DNA of 64,000 bases from Promethearchaeia archaeon (GTDB lineage: Archaea > Asgardarchaeota > Lokiarchaeia > Sigyniarchaeales > SOKP01): NCBI GenBank assembly GCA_029856045.1, contig JAHQWG010000035.1, positions 73,213 through 137,212 of the forward strand. Direction: 5' to 3'. The notes beneath the pieces are model-generated. The model was not told where the DNA came from and did not search any database. It saw only the letters and a program-made list of their open reading frames with translations. The translations under genes were made by a program, and so were the position numbers. Shown here piece by piece: positions 39,814 to 48,104 of the stretch (the first letter of the stretch is position 1; each line of letters opens with the position of its first letter).

Positions 39814-40992
39814 ATGACAGAATTAAAATTAGTGAAAGGCATTCAAGCGAGACATATTAAGATTTTTACAGAGAACGGTATTACTACAGCAGAAGCTCTT
39901 GCTATGTCTGGTTTTAAGAGTATTACTGCAATGGAAGGTATTGGAGAAGCAACTTCTAAAAAACTTATTTGGAATGCCAGAAGTGCTTTGGGAATGAGTA
40001 GTTTTAAAACAATATCAGAGTTCCAAGAAAATCATGAATATATTAGCACAGGTTCTTTAAATTTTAATGCAATTTTAGGAGGTGGTATAGAAACAGGTTT
40101 TATAACAGAAGTTTTTGGTCCATTTAAATCCGGAAAGACCAATTTAGCGCACACTTTGTGTGTTACTACACAATTACCAAAAGGAAAAGGTGGATTAAGT
40201 GGTGCTGTGATTTATATTGATACCGAAAATACATTTTCGAAAGAAAAAATCAAACGAATTACCAAGAGATTTGGTCTTAAACCCGAAAATGTACTCCCGC
40301 ACATTTTTCATGCGAGAATTTATAGTTCCGATCATCAAGCTCAAATGATTTTGGAAGCGGAGAAACTCGTAAAAGAAAAAAATGTTAGAATAATAATTTT
40401 AGATAGTTTAATGGCGCTTCTTCGAGCAGAATACATCGGAATTGGAATGCTTCCACAACGACAAGCTACATTAAATCAAATGATTCATGCTCTTTCCAGA
40501 ATTGCAGAGAGTTATAATATAGCGATCCTTGTAACAAATCAGGTTGCCCAACAAATAAAGGGAATGTTCAGCGGTATTGATGCAATTGGAGGGAATATCG
40601 TCGCTCATGGTTGCCAGATTCGGGTGATGTTTAAGACAAAAGGGTTCGCCGCGAATAGTTCTCTTGAAAGAAAGGCAATTATTGTTGATGCACCTGATTT
40701 ACCTCCTGAGGAATGCCAGTTTTATATAACTCCAGCAGGGATCTCAGATACAGAGAAAATAGATTTTTCAAGTATGGAAGAAAATATAGAACCCAAATTT
40801 ATTATGGCTAATGATGAATTTACCTTAGAAAAAATTAGAGGAATAGGAAAAAACATAATGGAGAAATTGGAACAAATAGGAATTACTACTACTGAGCAAT
40901 TGAAAGATACAAATCCCGAAGATCTTGCTAAAGATTTGCCAGGTATTTCAAGTAAAAAAGTAAAAGAATGGATTGAACAAATTCCTGCTTAG
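39814..40992 (+). CDS. radA: RadA/Rad51-family recombinase with extra C-terminal HhH domain
   Basis: N-terminal HhH, ISTGS..LGGGIETG.ITEVFGPFKSGKT, YIDTENTF, ILDS..LRAEY.G, RQ..L, VTNQV, IGGNIVAH. Confidence 0.9.
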   Translation: MTELKLVKGIQARHIKIFTENGITTAEALAMSGFKSITAMEGIGEATSKKLIWNARSALGMSSFKTISEFQENHEYISTGSLNFNAILGGGIETGFITEVFGPFKSGKTNLAHTLCVTTQLPKGKGGLSGAVIYIDTENTFSKEKIKRITKRFGLKPENVLPHIFHARIYSSDHQAQMILEAEKLVKEKNVRIIILDSLMALLRAEYIGIGMLPQRQATLNQMIHALSRIAESYNIAILVTNQVAQQIKGMFSGIDAIGGNIVAHGCQIRVMFKTKGFAANSSLERKAIIVDAPDLPPEECQFYITPAGISDTEKIDFSSMEENIEPKFIMANDEFTLEKIRGIGKNIMEKLEQIGITTTEQLKDTNPEDLAKDLPGISSKKVKEWIEQIPA

Positions 40993-41120
40993 AAAAAATA
41001 AATCTTTCTTTTTTTTAATATTAATTTTTTTTTTAAGCTTAAATGAAAAAAACAGATAAAAATTGTTAGAATTAATTTCCTTATTATTCAAACTTTTCTG
41101 ATATTTGATTATGTTTATAT

Positions 41121-42179
41121 TTATTTTATGGGTTTTTGCCCATATGTTTCATCTAATCCTTTAATTTTTATTTTCCTGGCTTGCATTGATAAAATTATTA
41201 CAATTACAACCACAATACTTACGAATATCATTAAAAAATAACCTTCTAGAGGGATTTCGAAATAAAATGTTGTGTTAAAATAGCCAGTATTATTAAAAGT
41301 GTCATTTGCTGGGTTATTTATATCATAGGCTTGAGTTTCATTAATTCCTTGTCCAATTTTTCTAGATTCATATATTAAATATGCAAAATTGTATCTGGGA
41401 TATGCTGAAGCCAGACCAAATTTAAATAAATAAGACCCACGAAGTGCTGTTCCGAATAAAATGTCAGCAAATTCTAAATTTTCGGGAAGAGAAGTTGTAT
41501 TATCAAATATAAGATAAGGATCTGCCTCAGGATCAATAATAGTTAAATTTACCGTTTGAGTTGCTGGTAATGTATAGGCAATCGGAGAAACTCTTACGAC
41601 AATTATTCGGTAAAATGTATCATTTTCTAAATTAGCCAAAAATTGTAATTCATTATAAACTCCCGAACTGAAACAATGGACGTCATAAGATATTGTATCA
41701 TTAAAAACACTTTCTAATAATTTGTCATATATGCACATATCCCCTTCCTTTACTGCAATATGTAAATTAAGATTATATTCAGTCTCAACTGTTATTTTCA
41801 GTTCATAAGTTCCATTTTTTGCTGTTCCAAATGGCACAGTAAATTTTTTCGTATTTTCAAAATAAAAAGACATTGTCGCATTATAGATTTCAAACTCAAT
41901 ACCGTCGGGATCTATCATATTTAGAGATATATTGCACTCATTAGGCGTTACTAATTCACAATTGATTATATAATAATAGTATTCTCTAAATTCTAAATCA
42001 AATATTCTTGTTGTTTTTGGAAAATTAAATTTATATACTTTATCAATGTAAGTCTTTGGCCACTCATTTGATTCGTTAGCAATCACATTATAAATATTAA
42101 GATTGATTGAATTCATTAAAATTAATGATGCTAGAGAAAAAATCAAATATATAGATTTAATTTTTCTTTTAATACCCAT
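41121..42179 (-). CDS. Secreted, C-terminally anchored surface protein with two repeated beta domains
   Basis: Signal peptide; IDPDG..PFGTAKNGTY and IDPEA..LFGTALRGSY repeats; many N-x-T sequons; C-terminal TM. Confidence 0.7.
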   Translation of the reverse strand: MGIKRKIKSIYLIFSLASLILMNSINLNIYNVIANESNEWPKTYIDKVYKFNFPKTTRIFDLEFREYYYYIINCELVTPNECNISLNMIDPDGIEFEIYNATMSFYFENTKKFTVPFGTAKNGTYELKITVETEYNLNLHIAVKEGDMCIYDKLLESVFNDTISYDVHCFSSGVYNELQFLANLENDTFYRIIVVRVSPIAYTLPATQTVNLTIIDPEADPYLIFDNTTSLPENLEFADILFGTALRGSYLFKFGLASAYPRYNFAYLIYESRKIGQGINETQAYDINNPANDTFNNTGYFNTTFYFEIPLEGYFLMIFVSIVVVIVIILSMQARKIKIKGLDETYGQKPIK

Positions 42180-42495
42180 TCACCTTTAATTCTTTAAACT
42201 CTTTAATTAGATTATTTACTTCCGAACATTGGGTATAATCAATACAAGTAAAACATGGTCTATCAGTCCAAAAATAATTGGTTTTATTTTTCTTAAATAT
42301 AAGCAAGATTGGCACTTTTGTATTTGGACATAATAAAGTAGTATTTTCAATCTTTCCTGCTTTGGGCACAGCATACGAAAAATTACATGTCTCAGATTCA
42401 CATTTTATAAATCTCTTATAAGATTTTGTCTTATAAAGAATTAATTCATCAAATCCGCATTTAGGGCATTCTCCAATAGAAATAATCTTTCTCAT
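42169..42495 (-). CDS. Topoisomerase-I-type C4 zinc-ribbon protein
   Basis: IGECPKCG..KRFIKCE..CNF..CP..PCFTC..C. Confidence 0.7.
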   Translation of the reverse strand: MRKIISIGECPKCGFDELILYKTKSYKRFIKCESETCNFSYAVPKAGKIENTTLLCPNTKVPILLIFKKNKTNYFWTDRPCFTCIDYTQCSEVNNLIKEFKELKVNGY

Positions 42496-42519
42496 AACAA
42501 TGAAATGCTAAATTTAAAA

Positions 42520-42537
42520 TATTTAAATAAAAAAAAA
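42520..42537 (-). promoter_or_regulatory. T-tract + TATA promoter motif
   Basis: Minus strand T9-A-TTTAAATA; TATA 32 nt before ATG 42495. Confidence 0.6.
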
Positions 42538-42554
42538 TTGAGTGCATACAAATA

Positions 42555-42992
42555 TTAGTGATAATCATTTATTGTTGAAGAATTAGGCAAGGAGGTTGTA
42601 GCAAATTCAATTTTTTCCTGTAGAATATGTTCGAACAAACGTTTTAAAAACTCTGACTGTGGATATTTCAATAATCTATTATATTTTCCAATATTTATCC
42701 AAAAAGCTTGATCTGTTTCATGTTTTTTTATCGAAATTTTTGTAGTTTCATTATTAAATATGTGAATCGTACTCCACTCTGTTTTTTTCTGAGAGAGAAC
42801 AAATAACATCTCGATAATTTCACATATATTAAATTTCACAATTTTACCTTCATTGAGTGATGGTTTTTCCCAAATTCCATTCTCCTTTTTTCTTATACAA
42901 TGAAAATATAGAAATGGCTCATTTTTTTTATTACTTTTAACAATAATTCCTACTTTCTGACCAAAAAAACTCTGATTGTGCTTATCTGTCAT
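42555..42992 (-). CDS. Putative Whirly/PC4-like ssDNA-binding protein
   Basis: Pattern suggests (beta4-alpha)x2: SFFGQKVGIIV, FLYF, W, KIVKFNICEI, STIH, FWINI, final helix. Confidence 0.45.
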   Translation of the reverse strand: MTDKHNQSFFGQKVGIIVKSNKKNEPFLYFHCIRKKENGIWEKPSLNEGKIVKFNICEIIEMLFVLSQKKTEWSTIHIFNNETTKISIKKHETDQAFWINIGKYNRLLKYPQSEFLKRLFEHILQEKIEFATTSLPNSSTINDYH

Positions 42993-43013
42993 TACTTCAC
43001 ATCCAATTTTATT

Positions 43014-43781
43014 TTAAATTATAAATTCAAATCCATTATTTGACAACTTGTATTTAGAAATAAATTCAATTTTATGATATTTTAAGTTAAGAGCTTTTTC
43101 TCGTTTCTCATTTACTTCCAATTTTATCATTATTGAGTCAATCCTATCAAATAATTTATGTAAAAATTTAACGTTTTTATTCAAATTTGGTTTATATGAA
43201 ACTTCATGAATGAAAATTAGATTTACTCTATTAAGTGAAGCAAACATTTGTAGCGGATATATTTGCTCAGTAAAGAATGTATTTATTATCTTGATTTTGT
43301 TGTCAATCTCATTAAATTCCATAAGTTTAAGGCGAAAATTGCTTGAAATTGAATCAAATATTATTAATTTTGTATTTATGGGAATAAAATTTTCTATTGA
43401 GCTTAGCTCATTTATTAAATTCTGTTGTTTAAAATATGATGAAATATTGGTTAAAAAAATATTATTCTTAATATATTCTAACTGTTCTGGAGCATCCTTA
43501 AAGTTATGTTCTAATCTTTTATATGAAAATGGCGAACCAGCATTTATCCATAAAGCAGAATATAAATTTTCCTTATCTGAAATCAGATGTCCGACTAAAA
43601 ATTGTACAAACGTTGATTTACCTGAACCTGATTCACCAGATATTTGAATTATTCTAGAATTATTTCTTAAGAGATTATAGATAAGATTAAAAAATTCATC
43701 ACACAACTCATTTTTATTTGAAATAAAATCATAGAAATTTGTTTTATTATTTTTTATCAGTTTTTTTGCCTCAATTATCAA
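43014..43781 (-). CDS. RadB/Rad51-paralog-like RecA-fold ATPase
   Basis: IIQISGESGSGKST, LWIN..F..KRL, LIIFDSISSNFR, IFIHEV. Confidence 0.8.
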   Translation of the reverse strand: MIIEAKKLIKNNKTNFYDFISNKNELCDEFFNLIYNLLRNNSRIIQISGESGSGKSTFVQFLVGHLISDKENLYSALWINAGSPFSYKRLEHNFKDAPEQLEYIKNNIFLTNISSYFKQQNLINELSSIENFIPINTKLIIFDSISSNFRLKLMEFNEIDNKIKIINTFFTEQIYPLQMFASLNRVNLIFIHEVSYKPNLNKNVKFLHKLFDRIDSIMIKLEVNEKREKALNLKYHKIEFISKYKLSNNGFEFII

Positions 43782-44118
43782 ATAATTTTAAAATTTGATT
43801 TTTTTCTTCTTTCAAATCTTCATCTCTTTCTTTTAAAGAATTCATCACATCTTGTTTTAAAATAAGTTTTACAGGTTGTGATTGATTCTGATTCAATAGA
43901 GACATTAAAAGTACCAATTTCACTAAATCATTGTTTGTCGATTCCCCAATTTCTCCTTTCCCAAAAATTCCCCCACCAGAATTCTTATATTTTCGATATT
44001 TTGGATATAAATAAATTATTAAAATAATTCCAATAATTATTGAGGCTGTTAAGGGATCTTTCTGGAAAAAGATAAAACCCATCAATATCATTACCCCATA
44101 TATTATTAATTTAAACAT
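43771..44118 (-). CDS. Small two-TM protein with soluble tail
   Basis: GAGG SD; overlaps the RadB-like start. Confidence 0.65.
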   Translation of the reverse strand: MFKLIIYGVMILMGFIFFQKDPLTASIIIGIILIIYLYPKYRKYKNSGGGIFGKGEIGESTNNDLVKLVLLMSLLNQNQSQPVKLILKQDVMNSLKERDEDLKEEKNQILKLFDN

Positions 44119-44147
44119 TTTTTCTTACCTCATTTTTCTTCTCTATT

Positions 44148-44900
44148 CTACCATTGAGTGCGTGGTGAGAATTCATTTCCTCTTTTTTTTTTGCGATATT
44201 TAACTTCTATTTTATGTTTAGTATATTTGATTTTTCTCCGGGAGATTATTATGTTGTGATGGATTAAAATTAATCCGAGTCCGAGATATCTCATCATGTA
44301 ATAAAAGAGCATTGATAGAAAAAACAATGTTATTAATGAATCAAATATAATTAGTTCAAAAAAATTCATTAAATAATAGGAGATTGACGAAGCAATAAAA
44401 ATGACAATAATTTGAATTACTGTATATCTCTTGTTAGTGCTTTGAAATGATTTAGCAATCATTCGAATATCGGTATTGCTGGGACTCATCTGTGTAAGAA
44501 TTGAAATTGCGATATAAATTAAGATTAGGGCAATCATATAATTAACTACTGGACTGAATATATAGAAAAGGATAAAGCCAATAATATAGGTTCCAATAAA
44601 TAAAGGTGCAAACGAGACCAAAAGACTCTGAAAAAAATTCGAATTTGCAGTGGCAATTTTTCCAGACAGACCACCTTTTTTATTTCTTATTGGTATAATA
44701 TTTGTTTCAGTTACTTTAGTATGAGTTAAAATACACATAATATAATGACTTACCTCATGAACGATAATCCCAATAAAGAAGCATGTATGAAATAAACGAT
44801 AAAATGTTATACTTTTACTACCTAAATGGGTTGTAACGAATGATAACAATGTGGAGATTACAAGAACTCCAATAAATATTATTAAACAGGTTACAATCAT
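44148..44900 (-). CDS. Membrane zinc metalloprotease (M50/S2P-like)
   Basis: IIVHEVSHY, VSFAPL, PSNTD; multiple TM segments. Confidence 0.8.
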   Translation of the reverse strand: MIVTCLIIFIGVLVISTLLSFVTTHLGSKSITFYRLFHTCFFIGIIVHEVSHYIMCILTHTKVTETNIIPIRNKKGGLSGKIATANSNFFQSLLVSFAPLFIGTYIIGFILFYIFSPVVNYMIALILIYIAISILTQMSPSNTDIRMIAKSFQSTNKRYTVIQIIVIFIASSISYYLMNFFELIIFDSLITLFFLSMLFYYMMRYLGLGLILIHHNIIISRRKIKYTKHKIEVKYRKKKRGNEFSPRTQW

Positions 44901-44924
44901 GAATTGAGATTTTTATAAAATGAT

Positions 44925-44941
44925 TATTTAAAAATAAAAAA
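44925..44941 (-). promoter_or_regulatory. T-tract + TATA promoter motif
   Basis: Minus strand T6-A-TTTTTAAATA; TATA 32 nt before ATG 44900. Confidence 0.55.
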
Positions 44942-44997
44942 TGTAAAAATGAATTTTATTTAGAAGAATTTTAAAAATTTGTTTCTTACATTAAATT

Positions 44998-45816
44998 ATG
45001 GTCAAATCAAAAACAAAATTTCCAAAAGAAGGAAGTTTTGTTATTGCTAAGGTTGTGGATATTCAAAGGGGCTATATTTATGTAGATCTATTAGATTTTG
45101 AAGGTCGGGAAGATGAAAATTTAGCAAGAGGGATGATTCACATATCTGAGATATCTTCTAGGTGGATAAGAAATGTAAGAAATTATGTTCGTATGAATGA
45201 AATTTTAGTATTGAAAGTTTTGAATGTAGATAATTTAAAAGGTCATGTAGATCTATCATTACGACGTGTTACGTCTCAACAAAAGCAATTAAGAATGAAA
45301 GAATGGAAATATGCTGTTAAATATGAAAATTTATTAACATTTTTAGCTGATGAAACTGGGAAATCAATAGATGAATTGTATGAAATAATTGGATTTCCTA
45401 TATTAGATAGTTATGAATCATATCAAAAAACACTTGAGGATATTAAAGAAAATGGTATTCAAGCAATTAAAAATTTAGATATTGATCCTGAAATTTCTAA
45501 AAAATTCGTAAAAATTATAGAAGAGAATGTTATTATAGGTACAGTATTAATTAGCGGCAAATTGTTATTGACTTCTACTGCTCCAAATGGAATTAAACTT
45601 ATAAAGAATATATTAAATACTGGAATAAAAGTGATAAAAAGCCCAAAAGAAACACAGAAAGTTGATATTCGTTATGTTGCTGCCCCTAATTATCGTTTAG
45701 AAGTGATTGAAAAAAATTATCAAGAAGCAGAATCAGTACTAGCTAGTGTTCTAAAAACAATTGAAGATGAAATGATTAATGTTGGTGGGACCTTTGAATT
45801 CATTCGAGATAAATAA
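44998..45816 (+). CDS. eif2a: Translation initiation factor aIF2 alpha
   Basis: S1 domain GMIHISEISSRWIRNVR, KGHVDLSLRRV, YVAAPNYR. Confidence 0.95.
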   Translation: MVKSKTKFPKEGSFVIAKVVDIQRGYIYVDLLDFEGREDENLARGMIHISEISSRWIRNVRNYVRMNEILVLKVLNVDNLKGHVDLSLRRVTSQQKQLRMKEWKYAVKYENLLTFLADETGKSIDELYEIIGFPILDSYESYQKTLEDIKENGIQAIKNLDIDPEISKKFVKIIEENVIIGTVLISGKLLLTSTAPNGIKLIKNILNTGIKVIKSPKETQKVDIRYVAAPNYRLEVIEKNYQEAESVLASVLKTIEDEMINVGGTFEFIRDK

Positions 45817-45846
45817 ATTATGAATTTAATTGGTTTTTAAAGAACT

Positions 45847-46053
45847 ATGACGAAATTACTTTTTAAATGCGTGGATTGTGGAGAATATTCTTTACCAAAT
45901 AAAGAAATGAAATGTAAAATTTGCGGAGGGAATTTAAAGAATTCCAAACCTTCTAAGTTCTCATTAATTGATAAATTTGGAAGATTTAGAAAAGATTATT
46001 TCAAGGAGGAATTTAATAAGCGTTTTGATAGAACCTCTAATAATAATAATTAA
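45847..46053 (+). CDS. nop10: Nop10 H/ACA RNP protein
   Basis: KCVDCGEYSL..CKICGG..PSKFS..DKFGRFR; follows aIF2a. Confidence 0.9.
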   Translation: MTKLLFKCVDCGEYSLPNKEMKCKICGGNLKNSKPSKFSLIDKFGRFRKDYFKEEFNKRFDRTSNNNN

Positions 46054-46070
46054 AATTTTTCAACAATAAT

Positions 46071-46742
46071 TTATTTTGGCATTATTTTTTCCGCTATCTT
46101 TTCTTCAATAAGAATTTTCGCATTTTCAAAAGGTACCATACAGACATCTTCCTTTAAAAAAGGGCCGTAATTTACAAGATCAATTCCCACTAATGCAGGA
46201 CAATCCATTATAAATCTTACATTTAGATATTCAATTCCATTTAAAGATGCATATATTGTTGAGTTCACAGCCAGTTCATCTTTTTTTGAAAGTATATTTG
46301 GAATTTCTGAAACATTCTTTTCAACTGGAGTTAATTCTTTCTTCTTTAAAGAACTTTCGATATCAGATAATGTTAGAGATTCCAAATTTTTAAATCCTTT
46401 AAAAGAAGCAATGAGATTATCATAGAACATTTGTTCATGTTCTAATAATTTGTTTCTATCAATTTCTAATAAAATAAGTGATTTTTCAATTATTTTGCGT
46501 TTTCTAACTTTTAATAAATCATCTAATAGAAATTTAGTATTTTTTATTAAAGAATTAATTAAAGATTCTTTTATAACTTGCATATCTGAATTATTTAGTT
46601 TTCCATCTGAAGCCGAATCGAGTGCATATAATTTTAAATATTCCTTAAAAGATTCATTAGTAAGAGAAGTTATCTCTTCATTATTTATTTCATTAGTCCA
46701 TTGTTGATATAATTCATTATATATTTTCTGAGTATTCATCAT
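46071..46742 (-). CDS. GINS15 (Gins51) subunit
   Basis: R.RKI helical A domain; B domain VRF..P.LVGIDLVNYGPFLKEDV..P.ENA; next to priS. Confidence 0.85.
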   Translation of the reverse strand: MMNTQKIYNELYQQWTNEINNEEITSLTNESFKEYLKLYALDSASDGKLNNSDMQVIKESLINSLIKNTKFLLDDLLKVRKRKIIEKSLILLEIDRNKLLEHEQMFYDNLIASFKGFKNLESLTLSDIESSLKKKELTPVEKNVSEIPNILSKKDELAVNSTIYASLNGIEYLNVRFIMDCPALVGIDLVNYGPFLKEDVCMVPFENAKILIEEKIAEKIMPK

Positions 46743-46831
46743 TTCTTGAGTATATCTTTTAGTACCGATTCAATTATTTTATATGTCTTATTATTTAAAT
46801 AAATTTAAAATCACTATTATTTAATTAAATT

Positions 46832-48091
46832 TTATTTAAGAGTTGCCACATTTTTACATAAAAGAAAGATTCCAATATCATGTGGAAGATCTAAGACTTC
46901 TCCCATTTTAAAAGGACCCCAAATGTTTTCTCTTACACGGATCTTAGGTACTTCTGGAACTGTAATTTCCAGTTTAAGGAAATTTTTTTTTGAAAAAATT
47001 ACTGGATCAGAAAATGGATCAAAACTTTCTAAATTCTTATACTCGATTCCAACCACTTTAAAGCCACTACTGCCATGTAAAGAACCAGGATATCTTATTA
47101 ATCTATGGATATCAATGGTTACCGGGATATCAACATCTGTTCCAATATTTTTAACTAAATTAAAAAAAAGGTTTTCCCATGATTTTATGCCAAATCCAAG
47201 TAAATTCCAAGGATTCTTCCTTTGAGAGACAATATTATCTATTATGTGTTTTCTTTCTTTAATTATAGTACCTATTTGTTCCTTGTTAAGTGAAAAATTA
47301 CTTAAACTATTTTTTAATGCTTCTTCATTTTCTATTGAAAGTATCTCCTTTAATTTCAACATTATTTTTCTAGGCCAGCCAGCAGCATATTGATTAAAGA
47401 AACCAAGACCAATGTTTGGCTTTTCTAATCCTAAAACAGTAAATGAAATATTGTTCCCGGTAATATAATCAACTATTTCTCTTCGTTCATGACTTGATAA
47501 TTTCCTTAATTTCTCATCTTCTATATGAAGATGATAACCTCTATGTCCAGAAAAAAAGATAAAACAATTGTCTTTATTAATTCCAAAATCTGGTTCTAAA
47601 AATTCATTAATCAATTTAAATATCTCTTTTTTTGCCTTTTCGAGACATTCTTCACAAATCCAAGTTATTTTTTTAAATTTTGTTGATTTACAATCAGGAT
47701 TAGGACATAATTTGGGTGATAATCCAGTTCCATATTGATTACATGATTCACATTCCCAAAAATCATGTTTTTCTTTACATGTAGTATCTAAATGATCAGC
47801 ATCAATATCAAAGATTAAATCACAACCAAGATAATTTTTATTATCCATTTTAGATGCATCAGGAAGCTCATAAAGTGATGCACTTGAATACATATGTTTT
47901 GGAACATTATGAATCAAATAATCAGTTAAAATATCTAAGGATTTAAAGCCTATATGTCGAATCATAATATTATTTTCCCATGTTAAAAACGCAAATTCTC
48001 TTTCCAGCAGATTACTAACTGATGGAAGAGAATTCTGTTGATTTTTATAATAGGCTTGAAATAATCTTTTTATAAATCTTATACTTTCCAT
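46832..48091 (-). CDS. priS: DNA primase small subunit
   Basis: REFAF, DLIFDIDADH, FSGHRGYH, VTIDIHRLIRYPGSLH. Confidence 0.95.
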   Translation of the reverse strand: MESIRFIKRLFQAYYKNQQNSLPSVSNLLEREFAFLTWENNIMIRHIGFKSLDILTDYLIHNVPKHMYSSASLYELPDASKMDNKNYLGCDLIFDIDADHLDTTCKEKHDFWECESCNQYGTGLSPKLCPNPDCKSTKFKKITWICEECLEKAKKEIFKLINEFLEPDFGINKDNCFIFFSGHRGYHLHIEDEKLRKLSSHERREIVDYITGNNISFTVLGLEKPNIGLGFFNQYAAGWPRKIMLKLKEILSIENEEALKNSLSNFSLNKEQIGTIIKERKHIIDNIVSQRKNPWNLLGFGIKSWENLFFNLVKNIGTDVDIPVTIDIHRLIRYPGSLHGSSGFKVVGIEYKNLESFDPFSDPVIFSKKNFLKLEITVPEVPKIRVRENIWGPFKMGEVLDLPHDIGIFLLCKNVATLK

Positions 48092-48104
48092 TATTTAGAT
48101 TCCT

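Noticed and set aside
46071-46990. Similar C-termini in PriS (WGPFKMGEVLDLP) and GINS15 (YGPFLKEDVCMVP)
   Set aside because: Already known: the archaeal PriS C-terminal domain is homologous to the GINS B domain.
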